NCBI GenBank assembly: GCA_905478765.1
Contig: CAJQJY010000012.1
Location: 66,540-130,539 of the forward strand
Source: an uncultured Flavobacteriales bacterium
GTDB taxonomy: Bacteria; Bacteroidota; Bacteroidia; Flavobacteriales; BACL11
Length of the DNA stretch: 64,000 nt
Reading direction: 5' to 3'
Part shown: positions 48,460-60,218 of the stretch, one piece after another
Position numbering within the stretch: the stretch's first letter is position 1
Layout: the number at the start of each line of letters is the position of its first letter
Notes under the pieces: generated by a model
Database searches by the model: none
Told to the model about the DNA's origin: nothing
What the model saw: the letters and a program-made list of their open reading frames with translations, nothing else
Position numbers and translations under genes: made by a program

Positions 48460-49212
48460 TTAACTCTCTGACGAACAAGAAGCAGATAAAAACTCTCTGT
48501 TCATTTTTGCAATGTATTTAATAGAAATACTTTTCGGACATTCTACCTCACAAGCACCTGTATTAGTACAATTCCCAAATCCTTCTTTATCCATTTGCTC
48601 TACCATATTCAATACTCTTTGTTTTGCTTCTACTTGTCCTTGTGGCAAATAAGCAAATTGTGAAACTTTAGCAGCAACAAATAGCATAGCTGAAGAATTT
48701 TTACAGGTTGCGACGCAAGCGCCACATCCAATACAAGCAGCAGCATCAAAAGCCAAATCAGCATTCATTTTAGGTATTGGCAATGCATTTGCGTCTTGTG
48801 TATTTCCAGATGTATTTACTGAAACAAACCCTCCGGATTGCTGAATTCTATCAAAAGACGATCTGTCTACAATTAAATCCTTAATAACTGGCATAGCAGC
48901 CGATCTCCAAGGTTCAATATAAATAGTTTCACCATCTTTAAACATACGCATATGAAGTTGGCAAGTAGTTACTTTTCTATCAGGCCCATGGGCCTCTCCA
49001 TTAATATAAAGAGAACAAGTACCACAAATTCCCTCACGGCAATCATAATCAAAAGCCACAGGTTCTGTGCCCTCCTTTATTAATTGTTCATTCATAATGT
49101 CAAGCATTTCTAAAAAAGAAGCATGCTCTGAAATTCCAGTGACCTTATAGGTTTCTAAACCTCCTTTTTCTTCTCTATTTTTCTGTCTCCAGACTTTAAG
49201 TGTTAAATCCAT
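48460..49212 (-). CDS. sdhB: Succinate dehydrogenase/fumarate reductase Fe-S subunit
   Basis: [31 protein letters not shown]. Confidence 0.97.
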   Translation of the reverse strand: MDLTLKVWRQKNREEKGGLETYKVTGISEHASFLEMLDIMNEQLIKEGTEPVAFDYDCREGICGTCSLYINGEAHGPDRKVTTCQLHMRMFKDGETIYIEPWRSAAMPVIKDLIVDRSSFDRIQQSGGFVSVNTSGNTQDANALPIPKMNADLAFDAAACIGCGACVATCKNSSAMLFVAAKVSQFAYLPQGQVEAKQRVLNMVEQMDKEGFGNCTNTGACEVECPKSISIKYIAKMNREFLSASCSSES

Positions 49213-49216
49213 ATTC

Positions 49217-51232
49217 TTATTTGTAAGATCTTTGTTTCAATTCAATATCATTAAATTCTAACTCTTCTTTGTGCATTACTGCATCAGCAGGTTCTCCTTT
49301 ATATTCCCAAGCTGCAACATAAGCATAATCGGTATCATTTCTTTTTGCTTCTCCTTTTTGCAAACCGTCTAGCTCTACTGATTCTTCTCTAAAATGCCCA
49401 CCACAACTTTCGTTTCTATGCAGAGCGTCTTTTGCAAAAAGCTCTCCTAATTCTAAAAAGTCAGCAACTCTACCCGCTTTTTCTAGCTCACGGTTTAAAG
49501 AGTTTCTGTCTCCAGGAATTTTTACATCACTCCAAAAATCAGTACGTATTTTTTTTATTTCGGCCATTGCTTTTTTAAGCCCTTTCTCATTACGAGTCAT
49601 ACCAACATATTCCCACATTGCTTTACCTAATAACTTATGGAAATGGTCAACAGATTTTGTGCCTTTTATATTCATTAATTTTTCAATTCTATCTGAAACT
49701 TCTTTTTCAGCGGCAACAAACTCTGCGGCTTCAGTAGAAATTTTTCCAGTTCTAATTTCATTAGAAAGATAATTTCCAATAGTATAAGGCAGTACAAAAT
49801 AACCATCTGCTAATCCTTGCATTAAGGCAGATGCACCTAATCTATTTGCCCCATGATCAGAAAAATTTGCCTCTCCAATACAATAACAGCCTTCAACAGA
49901 AGTCATCAAATTATAATCTACCCAAACCCCTCCCATAGTATAGTGTACTGCCGGGTAAATCATCATTGGTTTTTTATATGGATCTTCTGCTACAATTTTC
50001 TCATACATCTGAAAAAGATTCCCATATTTTGATTCAATAACCCCTTCTCCTAATTTTAAAATATCCGATTCAGAAGGGTTTTGTAATCTTGCAATTGCAG
50101 CTTCTTGCTTACCATATCTTTGGATAGCAGATGAAAAATCTAAGTATACTGCTTCCCCTGTACTATTAACCCCATAGCCAGCATCACATATTTCTTTAGC
50201 AGCTCTTGAAGCTATATCTCTTGGTACTAAATTACCAAATGCAGGATATCTTCTTTCCAAGTAATAATCTCTTTGATCTTCTGATAAATCAGTTGGACTT
50301 AGTGTTCCTTCACGAATTGCCAGTACATCATCAATGTTTTTTGGGACCCAAATTCTACCATCATTTCTTAATGACTCTGACATTAGAGTCAGTTTAGATT
50401 GATGCTCACCACTTCTTGGAATACAAGTTGGGTGGATTTGTGTGTAACAAGGATTTGCAAAATGCGCTCCTTTTTTATGAATTTTCCAAGCTGCAGTTGC
50501 ATTTGATCCCATTGCGTTAGTAGATAAGAAAAATACATTTCCGTACCCTCCACTAGCAATAACAACAGCATGTGCCGAATGTCTTTCTAATTCTCCTGTT
50601 TCTAAATTTCTAGCAATAATTCCTCTTGCTTTTCCATTCACTTTTACCAATTCAACCATCTCATGACGATTGTACATAGTAACTTTTCCTTTTGCAATTT
50701 GTCTGTTCAATGCCGAATAAGCCCCTAGCAATAATTGTTGTCCTGTTTGTCCTTTAGCGTAAAATGTTCTGGAAACTAATACTCCTCCAAACGAACGATT
50801 ATCTAAAAGCCCACCATAATCTCTGCCGAAAGGAACTCCTTGCGCTACACATTGGTCAATTATATTTCCTGAAACCTCTGCCAAGCGGTGCACATTTGCT
50901 TCTCTCGATCTGTAATCTCCTCCTTTTACCGTGTCATAAAATAACCGATAAACAGAATCCCCGTCATTTTGATAATTTTTTGCTGCATTAATTCCTCCTT
51001 GTGCCGCTATTGAGTGCGCTCTTCTTGGAGAATCTTGATAGCAAAATGATTTTACATTATATCCCATTTCGGCAAGTGATGCGGCCGCAGAACCACCAGC
51101 CAAACCAGTGCCAACAACTATAATATCAATATTTCTTTTGTTAGCCGGGTTAACAAGATCAATCTTGTTTTTATGATTAGTCCATTTATCTTTTAATGGC
51201 CCATCTGGAATCTTAGAATCTAAAACTGACAT
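49217..51232 (-). CDS. sdhA: Succinate dehydrogenase/fumarate reductase flavoprotein
   Basis: [19 protein letters not shown] (FAD His), [30 protein letters not shown]. Confidence 0.98.
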   Translation of the reverse strand: MSVLDSKIPDGPLKDKWTNHKNKIDLVNPANKRNIDIIVVGTGLAGGSAAASLAEMGYNVKSFCYQDSPRRAHSIAAQGGINAAKNYQNDGDSVYRLFYDTVKGGDYRSREANVHRLAEVSGNIIDQCVAQGVPFGRDYGGLLDNRSFGGVLVSRTFYAKGQTGQQLLLGAYSALNRQIAKGKVTMYNRHEMVELVKVNGKARGIIARNLETGELERHSAHAVVIASGGYGNVFFLSTNAMGSNATAAWKIHKKGAHFANPCYTQIHPTCIPRSGEHQSKLTLMSESLRNDGRIWVPKNIDDVLAIREGTLSPTDLSEDQRDYYLERRYPAFGNLVPRDIASRAAKEICDAGYGVNSTGEAVYLDFSSAIQRYGKQEAAIARLQNPSESDILKLGEGVIESKYGNLFQMYEKIVAEDPYKKPMMIYPAVHYTMGGVWVDYNLMTSVEGCYCIGEANFSDHGANRLGASALMQGLADGYFVLPYTIGNYLSNEIRTGKISTEAAEFVAAEKEVSDRIEKLMNIKGTKSVDHFHKLLGKAMWEYVGMTRNEKGLKKAMAEIKKIRTDFWSDVKIPGDRNSLNRELEKAGRVADFLELGELFAKDALHRNESCGGHFREESVELDGLQKGEAKRNDTDYAYVAAWEYKGEPADAVMHKEELEFNDIELKQRSYK

Positions 51233-51242
51233 AGCTTAATTT

Positions 51243-51923
51243 TTAATTTTGTGTGAAATAATGGAACAATGCAATAAATATAAATCCAAAAGGAATTATA
51301 ATAGCATAAAGTGTTGCTAGTTTCTTAATTATTGGAGTGTACTTATTATGATTAAATCCTGCTGACTGAAACGCTGATTGAAAACCATGAGATAAATGAA
51401 GTCCTAAGAAAATAAAAGCAACACAATAAATTGAAACTCTAATTATATCTTGAAATTTATGATGTAATTCTTCCCAATACCTAAATTCGCCATTATTCAA
51501 TCCACTCCAATCGCCTTCAATAAATTTTGTTTTGATTTCTGGAAGCCAAAAATCATAGAAGTGTAACCCTAAAAATAGCATTACCATGATACCTGTAATA
51601 AGCATATTCCTACTCATCCAATTAGAGTTTTCTGATGGCTTGTCCATTGCGTATTTAATAGGTCGAGCGGCACTATTTTTCCTTTCTAAATACATTCCCA
51701 TTGCTAAATGAAACAAAAATCCAAATATCAATATAGGTTGCAGTACAAACTGAATTAATCCATTTGTTCCCATAAAATGAGAAATCTCATTAAATAAATC
51801 AGCACTGATTACCGAAAATAAATTGATTACAAAATGTTGCATTAAAAAAAACAACAGGAAAAAACCTGACAAGGCCATTAACACTTTTCTTCCAACTGAA
51901 GAATTTGACAATCCATTACTCAT
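51243..51923 (-). CDS. sdhC: Succinate dehydrogenase cytochrome b membrane anchor (Bacteroidota/Bacillus type)
   Basis: GRKVLMALSG, four heme-ligand His (QH, FH, LH, LHLSHG). Promoter TACCTTTG at 51949-51956 (-). Confidence 0.95.
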   Translation of the reverse strand: MSNGLSNSSVGRKVLMALSGFFLLFFLMQHFVINLFSVISADLFNEISHFMGTNGLIQFVLQPILIFGFLFHLAMGMYLERKNSAARPIKYAMDKPSENSNWMSRNMLITGIMVMLFLGLHFYDFWLPEIKTKFIEGDWSGLNNGEFRYWEELHHKFQDIIRVSIYCVAFIFLGLHLSHGFQSAFQSAGFNHNKYTPIIKKLATLYAIIIPFGFIFIALFHYFTQN

Positions 51924-51989
51924 TTTATTATTTTATAATATTAATCGGCAAAGGTAAGGTAGATAGTGCAAATAAACAACCTATTTTTC

Positions 51990-52012
51990 TAATTCATAAT
52001 AATTATAGATAA
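51990..52012. promoter_or_regulatory. Putative Fur/PerR-like operator between sdhC and pepP
   Basis: TAATTCATAAT-A-ATTATAGATAA; core TCATAAT-A-ATTATAG is 12/14 to TTATAAT-N-ATTATAA. Confidence 0.45.
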
Positions 52013-52053
52013 GCCTTATTTTACTACCTTTGAAATTCTTTTAAAAAAAACAG

Positions 52054-53343
52054 ATGAAATACTTAACAATTGACAGTCAACTATTTATAAAAAATAGAAC
52101 ATTATTTAAAGCTAAAATAAAAGGAGATAATCTAGCCATTTTTAATGCAAATGATATAATGCCAACTAATGCAGATGGGACTATGCCATTCAGACAAAAC
52201 AATGATTTATTTTGGTTAAGTGGGGTTGATCAAGAAGAGAGTGTTTTAGTTTTATTTCCAAATCATCCTGATGAGAATATGCGTGAAGTTTTATTTTTAA
52301 AAGAAACAAATGAGCATATTGCCATTTGGGAAGGTGCAAAACTCACTAAAGATGATGCTTTTAAAGCTTCAGGAATTAAAACTGTTTTTTGGTTAGATGA
52401 GTTAGAAACTAAATTGGATGAAATGGTTTCAAAATGCGATAGCATCTATCTGAATAAAAATATTCATAGCAGAACAGCATCTGATGTTCAAACAAGAGAT
52501 GACAGATTCAGAAATATGATGACTGATAAATACTCTAATAAAGCAATAAAGGAAGTTGCTCCTATAATGCATGAGTTAAGAGTTATTAAGTCTGATATTG
52601 AAATTGCACTAATGCAAAATGCATGTAACATCACAGAAAAAGGTTTGAGAAGAATTCTTCCATTTATTAAGCCAGGAGTAATGGAGTATGAAATTGAAGC
52701 AGAGTTAATGCATGAGTTCTTAAGGAATCGCTCTAATGGGTTTGCTTATCAACCAATTATTGGATCTGGAGTTGATTCATGCGTTTTACATTATATTGAA
52801 AACAACAAGGCTTGTAAAGATGGAGATATCTTACTCATGGACTTTGGGGCAGAATACGCAAATTATGCCTCTGATTTAACAAGAACTATACCTGTAAATG
52901 GAAAGTTCTCTGAACGACAAAAAGCAGTCTACAATTCAGTTTTACATGTGATGAAGGAAGCTACTAAAATGCTAGCTCCAGGAACAAAGTTTAAAGAGTA
53001 TAATGCCGAAATTGGAAGAATAATGGAATTAGAACTTATCGAGCTAGGACTTTTGGATAAACATGATGTGCAAAAACAAGACCCTTTAAAACCATTATAC
53101 AAAAAATATTTTATGCACGGAACTTCACATTATTTAGGGCTTGATGTACACGATGTTGGTAATTTTGATTGGTCAATGAAAGAAGGGATGGTGTTTACTT
53201 GCGAGCCCGGGATCTATATTTTGGAGGAAGAATTAGGTATCAGATTAGAAAATGACATCTTAGTTACAGCAAACGGACCAGATGATTTAATGAAAAATAT
53301 TCCTATTGAAATAGAGGAAATTGAAGGTTTAATGAATAATTAA
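52054..53343 (+). CDS. pepP: Xaa-Pro aminopeptidase (M24B)
   Basis: FRQNND, LHY, LMDFGAEYANYASDLTRT, HGTSHYLGLDVHD, CEPG, IRLEND. Promoter TACCTTTG at 52025-52032. Confidence 0.93.
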   Translation: MKYLTIDSQLFIKNRTLFKAKIKGDNLAIFNANDIMPTNADGTMPFRQNNDLFWLSGVDQEESVLVLFPNHPDENMREVLFLKETNEHIAIWEGAKLTKDDAFKASGIKTVFWLDELETKLDEMVSKCDSIYLNKNIHSRTASDVQTRDDRFRNMMTDKYSNKAIKEVAPIMHELRVIKSDIEIALMQNACNITEKGLRRILPFIKPGVMEYEIEAELMHEFLRNRSNGFAYQPIIGSGVDSCVLHYIENNKACKDGDILLMDFGAEYANYASDLTRTIPVNGKFSERQKAVYNSVLHVMKEATKMLAPGTKFKEYNAEIGRIMELELIELGLLDKHDVQKQDPLKPLYKKYFMHGTSHYLGLDVHDVGNFDWSMKEGMVFTCEPGIYILEEELGIRLENDILVTANGPDDLMKNIPIEIEEIEGLMNN

Positions 53344-53354
53344 AATATACTTTA

Positions 53355-54410
53355 TTAATTGTTCTTCATGGCATCCCATCCCTGTGCGGTTAGAGGATGT
53401 GAGCTTCCATCATTAGCTATAAAATTATTTCCTTCTGATTTATCAGTTACAAAACCAACAATAGTAAAATCAGGATCTTTCTTTAATTTTTCATAATGTT
53501 CTTGACCAATAGTAAAAAGCAATTCGTAATCCTCTCCTCCACTTAGTGCGCAAAAAATAGGATTCATATTAAACTCATTTGCTAAATTCATAGCAGTATA
53601 ATCTACAGGGATTTTGTCTTCATGTAAAGTAATCCCAACTTCTGATGATTTTGAAAGATGTAACGCTTCAGAAGAAAGTCCATCTGAAATATCTATCATT
53701 GAAGTGGGGACTATATCTAAGTCTTTTAATATTCGAGTGTATTTTATAGCCGCTTCTGGTTTTAATTGCCTTTTTAATACATAATCATTGCCTGTTAAAT
53801 CAGGTTGTATTGTAGGGTTTTCCTTAAACATTTCCTTCTCTCTATTTAGGATCTGAAGTCCTAAATAAGCAGCACCTAAATCTCCAGTACAAACTACTAA
53901 ATCATTTATTTTTGCTCCACTTCTATAAGTAATTTTATTCTTGTCAACCTCACCTAAAACCGTAACGCTTATCATCAAGCCAGATGTTGAAGAAGTAGTG
54001 TCTCCTCCTACTAAATCTACCACATAATGTTCGCAAGCTAATTTTATTCCATCATATAATTCTTCAAGAGCCTCAACTGTATATCTATTACTTAAAGCAA
54101 GCCCAAGAGTTATTTGTTTTGCATCTCCATTCATAGCGCAAATATCAGATACATTTATAGCCACTGCTTTGTATCCTAAATGCTTTAATGGCATATAAGC
54201 TAAATCAAAATGAACTCCCTCAACTAACAAATCAGTACTAACTAATTGATACTTATCTCCCATATCAATAACAGCAGCATCATCACCAATACCTTTAACA
54301 GTTGAACTATTTTTAGTAGTAATTCCATTTGTTAAATGATCTATCAAACCAAACTCCCCCAAACTCTCAATTGAGGTTGTATTCACACCTTTATCTTCAA
54401 ATATACTCAT
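53355..54410 (-). CDS. thiL: Thiamine-monophosphate kinase
   Basis: GEFGLI, GIGDDAA, DLLVEGVHF, NVSDICAM, GGDTT, DISDGL, GGEDYELLF. Confidence 0.97.
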   Translation of the reverse strand: MSIFEDKGVNTTSIESLGEFGLIDHLTNGITTKNSSTVKGIGDDAAVIDMGDKYQLVSTDLLVEGVHFDLAYMPLKHLGYKAVAINVSDICAMNGDAKQITLGLALSNRYTVEALEELYDGIKLACEHYVVDLVGGDTTSSTSGLMISVTVLGEVDKNKITYRSGAKINDLVVCTGDLGAAYLGLQILNREKEMFKENPTIQPDLTGNDYVLKRQLKPEAAIKYTRILKDLDIVPTSMIDISDGLSSEALHLSKSSEVGITLHEDKIPVDYTAMNLANEFNMNPIFCALSGGEDYELLFTIGQEHYEKLKKDPDFTIVGFVTDKSEGNNFIANDGSSHPLTAQGWDAMKNN

Positions 54411-54414
54411 GTTG

Positions 54415-54453
54415 CAAAGATAGAGAAAATATGCGCTTTATTTTGTATATTTG
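54415..54453. promoter_or_regulatory. Back-to-back -7 elements for thiL (54415-54422, -) and suf (54446-54453, +)
   Basis: TATCTTTG on the minus strand and TATATTTG on the plus strand. Confidence 0.65.
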
Positions 54454-54458
54454 CCGCC

Positions 54459-54481
54459 CTAACGAGAGCTATTCTAAATAA
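54459..54481. promoter_or_regulatory. Putative Fur/PerR-like operator abutting the suf start codon
   Basis: Right half ATTCTAAATAA (54471-54481); left half degenerate (5/11). Confidence 0.35.
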
Positions 54482-54805
54482 ATGATTAAAATAAGTAATT
54501 CTGCAAAAGAAAGATTACTTTATCTACTAGATAAAGACACTGAAAAAAAACAATTTGTAAGAGTTGGTGTTGAAAGTGGAGGGTGTTCGGGTTTAAACTA
54601 TAAATTAGACTTTGATAACTCAAAAAATGATGAAGATGAACTAATTGAAAACAATGACATCAAACTGTTAATCAATAAAAAAAGTTTTTTATACTTAGTT
54701 GGCACTACTTTAGAATTTTCTGACGGACTAAACGGAAAAGGGTTTGTATTCAACAACCCAAACGCAAGCAGAACCTGTGGTTGTGGGGAAAGTTTTTCTT
54801 TATAA
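54482..54805 (+). CDS. sufA: A-type Fe-S carrier (HesB/IscA/SufA)
   Basis: GGCSG and NPNASRTCGCGESF. Confidence 0.95.
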   Translation: MIKISNSAKERLLYLLDKDTEKKQFVRVGVESGGCSGLNYKLDFDNSKNDEDELIENNDIKLLINKKSFLYLVGTTLEFSDGLNGKGFVFNNPNASRTCGCGESFSL

Positions 54806-54817
54806 TAATTTACAAAA

Positions 54818-56275
54818 ATGAGTGAGCAAAAAAAACAGTCGGAAGACGAGTTATTAGAAAAGGTAACATCAACCGAATATAAATACGGATTTACAACAGA
54901 CATTGAATCAGACACCATCCCTAAGGGACTTTCAGAAGATGTGGTGCGCATTATTTCTGCAAAGAAAAATGAACCGGAATGGATGTTGGAATACCGATTA
55001 AAAGCATACAAATCTTGGTTGGAAATGGAAGAACCTGATTGGGCAAACATTAACTATACCAAACCTAATTATCAGGATGTAATCTATTATTCAGCACCTA
55101 AACAAAAACCTGTTTTGGACAGTTTAGATGATTTAGATCCTGAAATGAAAAAGACTTTTGATAAGTTAGGAATTTCAATTGATGAACAAAAGAAATTAGC
55201 AAATGTAGCTGTAGATATCGTAATGGATTCTGTTTCTGTAGCAAATACATTTAAAGATACACTTGCTGAAAAAGGAATTATTTTCTGCCCAATATCAGAT
55301 GCAATTCAAGAGCACCCAGAGTTAGTAAAGAAATATTTAGGAACAGTTGTCCCTGCTAGAGATAATTTCTTTTCTGCACTAAATGCAGCCGTATTTTCTG
55401 ATGGTTCCTTTTGCTACATTCCAAAAGGAATAAAATGCCCAATGGAACTTTCTACTTATTTCAGAATTAATGAGGCAGGAACTGGGCAATTTGAAAGAAC
55501 ATTATTAATTGCCGATGAAGGTTCTCAAGTAAGTTATTTGGAAGGATGTACAGCTCCAATGCGAGATGAAAATCAATTGCATGCTGCAGTAGTAGAATTA
55601 ATCGCTATGGATGAAGCAGATATAAAATATTCTACTGTACAAAACTGGTACCCAGGAAATGCAGAGGGTGTTGGTGGAGTTTTCAACTTTGTAACTAAAA
55701 GGGGAATTTGTCATAAAAACGCAAAAATCTCTTGGACACAAGTAGAAACAGGTTCAGCAGTAACTTGGAAGTATCCTTCTTGTATTTTAAAAGGAGATAA
55801 CTCAATTGGAGAATTTTTCTCAGTTGCAGTAACTAACAATAGACAACAAGCAGATACTGGAACAAAAATGATTCACTTAGGGAAAAACACTAAGAGTACT
55901 ATTATTGCAAAAGGAATATCAGCAGGAAAAAGTGATGGAAATTATAGAGGATTAGTTAAGATTTCAAAGGGCGCTACTAACTCTAGAAATTTTTCTCAAT
56001 GTGATTCTTTACTTATGGGAGATAAATGTGGGTCGCACACTTTCCCTTACATTGAAGTAAAAAATAATTCTTCCAAAGTAGAGCATGAAGCAACTACCTC
56101 AAAAATTGGAGAAGATCAAATATTCTATTGCAACCAAAGAGGAATAGGAACAGAAGCAGCAATTGCCTTAATTGTAAATGGGTATTGCAAGGATGTACTT
56201 AACCAATTACCAATGGAATTTGCAGTAGAAGCACAAAAATTATTAGAAATCAGCCTTGAAGGTTCAGTAGGTTAA
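54818..56275 (+). CDS. sufB: Fe-S assembly scaffold SufB
   Basis: [42 protein letters not shown]. Confidence 0.98.
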   Translation: MSEQKKQSEDELLEKVTSTEYKYGFTTDIESDTIPKGLSEDVVRIISAKKNEPEWMLEYRLKAYKSWLEMEEPDWANINYTKPNYQDVIYYSAPKQKPVLDSLDDLDPEMKKTFDKLGISIDEQKKLANVAVDIVMDSVSVANTFKDTLAEKGIIFCPISDAIQEHPELVKKYLGTVVPARDNFFSALNAAVFSDGSFCYIPKGIKCPMELSTYFRINEAGTGQFERTLLIADEGSQVSYLEGCTAPMRDENQLHAAVVELIAMDEADIKYSTVQNWYPGNAEGVGGVFNFVTKRGICHKNAKISWTQVETGSAVTWKYPSCILKGDNSIGEFFSVAVTNNRQQADTGTKMIHLGKNTKSTIIAKGISAGKSDGNYRGLVKISKGATNSRNFSQCDSLLMGDKCGSHTFPYIEVKNNSSKVEHEATTSKIGEDQIFYCNQRGIGTEAAIALIVNGYCKDVLNQLPMEFAVEAQKLLEISLEGSVG

Positions 56276-56285
56276 AAACAAGAAA

Positions 56286-57047
56286 ATGTTACAGATAAAA
56301 GACTTAAAAGCAGGAATTGAAGACAATCAAATCCTAAAAGGAATAAACTTAGAAGTGAAGGCAGGGGAAATCCATGCTATCATGGGACCTAACGGTTCTG
56401 GGAAAAGTACGCTATCGGCAGTAATTGCTGGTAATGAAGACTATGAAGTTGAAGGCGGAAACATTACTTTTAATGGAAAGGATTTATTGGAATTAGATCC
56501 AGAGGAAAGAGCACATAATGGTGTATTTCTTTCTTTCCAATATCCTGTTGAAATTCCTGGAATTTCAGTTTCTAACTTTATCAAAACTTCAATTACAGAA
56601 AAAAGGAAAGCACAAGGTTTAGAGCCTATTCTAACTAAGGATTTGTTAAAAATGATGCGAGAAAAGATGGAGCTTTTAAGCATCAAGCAAGGTTACTTAT
56701 CGCGTAACATGAATGAAGGATTCTCTGGTGGAGAAAAGAAAAGAAATGAGATTTTTCAGATGGCAATGTTAGAACCTAAATTAGCTATTTTGGACGAGAC
56801 TGATTCTGGGTTGGATATTGATGCGCTTAGAATTGTTGCTAATGGAGTAAACAAACTAAGAAGTGAGGATAATGCAACTGTTATTATTACGCATTACCAA
56901 AGATTATTGGACTATATTGTTCCTGACTTTGTACATGTATTATACAATGGGAGAATCGTTAAGTCGGGAGGAGCAGAATTAGCACATGAGTTAGAAGAAA
57001 AAGGGTATGATTGGGTAACTAAAGAAGAAGATAAAAAGTGGGCTTAA
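56286..57047 (+). CDS. sufC: Fe-S assembly ATPase SufC
   Basis: GPNGSGKST, FQYPVEIPG, FSGGEKKRNE, LDETDSGLDID. Confidence 0.98.
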   Translation: MLQIKDLKAGIEDNQILKGINLEVKAGEIHAIMGPNGSGKSTLSAVIAGNEDYEVEGGNITFNGKDLLELDPEERAHNGVFLSFQYPVEIPGISVSNFIKTSITEKRKAQGLEPILTKDLLKMMREKMELLSIKQGYLSRNMNEGFSGGEKKRNEIFQMAMLEPKLAILDETDSGLDIDALRIVANGVNKLRSEDNATVIITHYQRLLDYIVPDFVHVLYNGRIVKSGGAELAHELEEKGYDWVTKEEDKKWA

Positions 57048-58258
57048 TTGAAAATTTAAAATCGTATTCAGAGGGGGTGCAGATTTCTACTGAAAAGAAA
57101 GAGCTTTTTACTTCTTTCATGTCAAAAGGATTTCCAACAACCAAAGATGAGGAGTGGAAATACACTTCACTTAAAAAGATAGTCACTAAAGATTATAATA
57201 TTGAAAATACAGGAGAAATTATTGATTCCTCTACAGTTGAAAAATATTCCTTAGGATTTGATAATAGAATTATTTTTTCTGATGGAAAACTAATCGGAAG
57301 TCCAAATATCAAAGGAGTAAGTGTTAATGGTTTTTCTAATTTTGGAAGCAATACAACTGATAGTATTTTACAACTGAATAAAGCCCTTGCTCAAAATGGA
57401 TTTACTATTTCAGTGGATAAAAACACTGTGCTAGAAAGTCCTATTGAAATTTTGTTTTTTTCAACTACAGAAAATAATTTTTCTCAATACAGAAACTTAA
57501 TTTCTGTTGGAGATAATACTGAGGTAAAGTTTGTAGAAAGAATTCAAGCCCTGAATGATTCTACTTCAATGGTAAATAATTTTACTCAGATAAATTGCGC
57601 TAAAAACACAAAAGTAGAATACAACAAAATACAAAACAACACGCCGGAATCTAGATTGATTGATACAGTAAATGTATATCAAGAACAAGATTCTACTTGT
57701 GAAATTAACACACTTATTTTTGGAGGCTCATTCACCAGAAACAACTTAAATTTTGAACAAAACGGCTCTAATTGCGAAAGCAATATGAATGGTATTTCAA
57801 TATTGGATGACAATCAGCTTGCTGACAATCATACTTTTGTGGATCATAAAAGCGCACACTGTAGAAGTAATGAGATGTACAAAGGAGTTTATTTAGGGCA
57901 TTCCAAAGGAGTGTTTAACGGTAAAATTATGGTGCGTCCTGATGCACAAAAAATTGATGCATTCCAATCTAACAACAACTTATTATTAAGTGATAATTCT
58001 ACTATTGACAGCAAACCACAATTAGAGATTTATGCTGATGATGTAAAGTGTAGTCATGGTTGTACTATTGGTCAATTGGATGAAAACGCACTTTTCTACA
58101 TGAGAAGTAGAGGGATTGGTATTGAAGAAGCAAAGGCAGTTTTAACCTACGCATTTGCATCTGAAGCAATTGAAAATATCTCTGTAGAAGAAGTGAAATT
58201 ATTAGCTCAAAAATTATTGGCCCATAAACTAAATGTTGATTTAGATTTCAGTTTATAG
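57038..58258 (+). CDS. sufD: Fe-S assembly protein SufD
   Basis: GFPT.KDEEWKYT, FNGKI.V, KPQLEIYADDVKCSHG. GTG start overlaps the sufC end. Confidence 0.96.
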   Translation: MGLIENLKSYSEGVQISTEKKELFTSFMSKGFPTTKDEEWKYTSLKKIVTKDYNIENTGEIIDSSTVEKYSLGFDNRIIFSDGKLIGSPNIKGVSVNGFSNFGSNTTDSILQLNKALAQNGFTISVDKNTVLESPIEILFFSTTENNFSQYRNLISVGDNTEVKFVERIQALNDSTSMVNNFTQINCAKNTKVEYNKIQNNTPESRLIDTVNVYQEQDSTCEINTLIFGGSFTRNNLNFEQNGSNCESNMNGISILDDNQLADNHTFVDHKSAHCRSNEMYKGVYLGHSKGVFNGKIMVRPDAQKIDAFQSNNNLLLSDNSTIDSKPQLEIYADDVKCSHGCTIGQLDENALFYMRSRGIGIEEAKAVLTYAFASEAIENISVEEVKLLAQKLLAHKLNVDLDFSL

Positions 58259-59473
58259 ATGTTAGACATTAACAAAATACGAGCGCAATTCCCTATCCTA
58301 AACCGTAAGGTAAATGGAAAGGATTTGGTATATTTTGACAATGGAGCTACAACACAAAAACCACAATCTGTAATTGATGCAGAAGCTACTTACTATGCAA
58401 ATGAAAACTCCAATGTACACAGAGGAGTTCATTTTTTAAGCGGATTAGCAACTGATAAATTTGAAGAAACAAGAAATACTGTTCAAGCATTTATTGGCGC
58501 AAAACACAATCACGAAATCATTTTTACCAAAGGAACAACTGACTCTATTAACTTAGTTGCAAATGGTTTCAGAACCTTACTAAACAAAGGGGATGAAATT
58601 ATTATTTCGGAAATGGAGCACCATTCCAACATAGTGCCTTGGCAAATGTGTTGCGAAATTTCAGGCGCAACTTTAAAGGTAATTCCACTTTTAGATAATG
58701 GAAGTTTGGATATGCATGAATTTGACAACCTTCTTTCTAAAAACACAAAATTAGTATCAGTTAGTCATATTTCCAATGCTCTGGGGACAGTAAATGATAT
58801 TGAAACTATCATTGCAAAAGCACACAATTTTAATGCAAAAGTAATGATTGATGGAGCTCAAGCAGCCTCTCATGTTGCTTTGGATATGCAAAAACTGGAT
58901 GCTGATTTCTATTGCTTTTCAGCACATAAATTGTTCGGACCAACAGGAGTTGGAGTTTTGTATGGGAAAGAAGAAATTTTAAATGTACTTCCTCCTTACC
59001 AAGGTGGTGGAGAAATGATCAAAGAAGTTAGTTTTGCAAAAACTACTTACGCTTGTTTGCCTCATAAATTTGAAGCAGGAACGCCTAATATTTCTGGAGT
59101 AATTGCTTTTAAACAAGCCATTGATTTTATTACCGATCTAGAAATTGCAGAAATTACAAAATATGAGGAAGAACTATTAAAATATGCAACTGCTGAAGTA
59201 TTAAAAATTGAGGGACTAAAAATTTATGGGACAGCTGCACATAAATCAGGTATTATTTCATTTAATATTGAAGGATTACATCCTTACGATATAGGTGTAA
59301 TTGTAGATAAAATGGGAGTTGCTATCCGAACAGGACACCATTGTACGCAACCAATTATGGACAGGTTTAACATTCCTGGAACGGCAAGAATTTCATTGTC
59401 CGTTTATAATACTAAACAAGAAATTGATGTTTGTGTAAAAGCAATTAAAAAGGCAAAATTGATGTTATCATAA
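58259..59473 (+). CDS. sufS: Cysteine desulfurase SufS
   Basis: YFDNGATTQKP, EHHSN, DGAQ, SAHK, EAGTP, RTGHHC. Confidence 0.97.
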   Translation: MLDINKIRAQFPILNRKVNGKDLVYFDNGATTQKPQSVIDAEATYYANENSNVHRGVHFLSGLATDKFEETRNTVQAFIGAKHNHEIIFTKGTTDSINLVANGFRTLLNKGDEIIISEMEHHSNIVPWQMCCEISGATLKVIPLLDNGSLDMHEFDNLLSKNTKLVSVSHISNALGTVNDIETIIAKAHNFNAKVMIDGAQAASHVALDMQKLDADFYCFSAHKLFGPTGVGVLYGKEEILNVLPPYQGGGEMIKEVSFAKTTYACLPHKFEAGTPNISGVIAFKQAIDFITDLEIAEITKYEEELLKYATAEVLKIEGLKIYGTAAHKSGIISFNIEGLHPYDIGVIVDKMGVAIRTGHHCTQPIMDRFNIPGTARISLSVYNTKQEIDVCVKAIKKAKLMLS

Positions 59474-59889
59474 TGAGTACTATAAAAGAAATACAAACTG
59501 AAATTACTGAAGATTTTGCAATATTTGACGATTGGATGCAGAAGTACGAATACCTTATTGATTTAGGAAAAGAACTCTCCCCAATTGATGAACAATACAA
59601 AACAGAAGACAACTTAATAAAAGGTTGCCAAAGTAGAGTTTGGCTACATGCAGAATACACTAAAGGAAAGATTATTTATACAGCAGATAGTGATGCTATT
59701 ATGACTAGGGGTATTATAGCTGTTTTAATAAATGTTCTTTCGGGACAATCTCCATCAGAAATTGCAAATGCAAAACTTGACTTTATAAACAAAATAGGAT
59801 TGAAAGAACAACTCTCTCCTACTAGAGCAAACGGACTAGTATCAATGATAAAACAAATGAAAATTTACGCATTAGCTTTCAATAACTAA
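59473..59889 (+). CDS. sufE: Sulfur acceptor SufE
   Basis: IKGCQSRVW, ADSDA, LSPTRANG. Confidence 0.96.
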   Translation: MSTIKEIQTEITEDFAIFDDWMQKYEYLIDLGKELSPIDEQYKTEDNLIKGCQSRVWLHAEYTKGKIIYTADSDAIMTRGIIAVLINVLSGQSPSEIANAKLDFINKIGLKEQLSPTRANGLVSMIKQMKIYALAFNN

Positions 59890-59891
59890 TT

Positions 59892-60215
59892 ATGAAAACA
59901 GAAGAAGAATTACAAAAAATTGGAGAAGAAGTTATAGAGGTGATCTGTGAAATTTATGACCCTGAGATACCTGTAAACATTTATGCACTTGGGCTTATTT
60001 ATGATGTAGAAGTTAGTGAAGATTGTGATGTTAAAATTACCATGACACTTACTACTCCTAATTGCCCAGTTGCCGAAACACTTCCTGTTGAAGTAGAGGA
60101 AAGAGTAAAAACTTTACCTTCAGTTAAAGATGCAAAAGTAGAAATAACTTTTGAGCCAACTTGGACAAAAGAAATGATGAGTGAAGAAGCAAAACTAGAA
60201 CTCGGAATGTTATAA
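59892..60215 (+). CDS. sufT: SufT / DUF59 Fe-S maturation factor
   Basis: DPEIPVNIY.LGLIY, MTLTTPNCP, FEPTW..EMMSEEAKL.LG. Confidence 0.93.
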   Translation: MKTEEELQKIGEEVIEVICEIYDPEIPVNIYALGLIYDVEVSEDCDVKITMTLTTPNCPVAETLPVEVEERVKTLPSVKDAKVEITFEPTWTKEMMSEEAKLELGML

Positions 60216-60218
60216 AAC

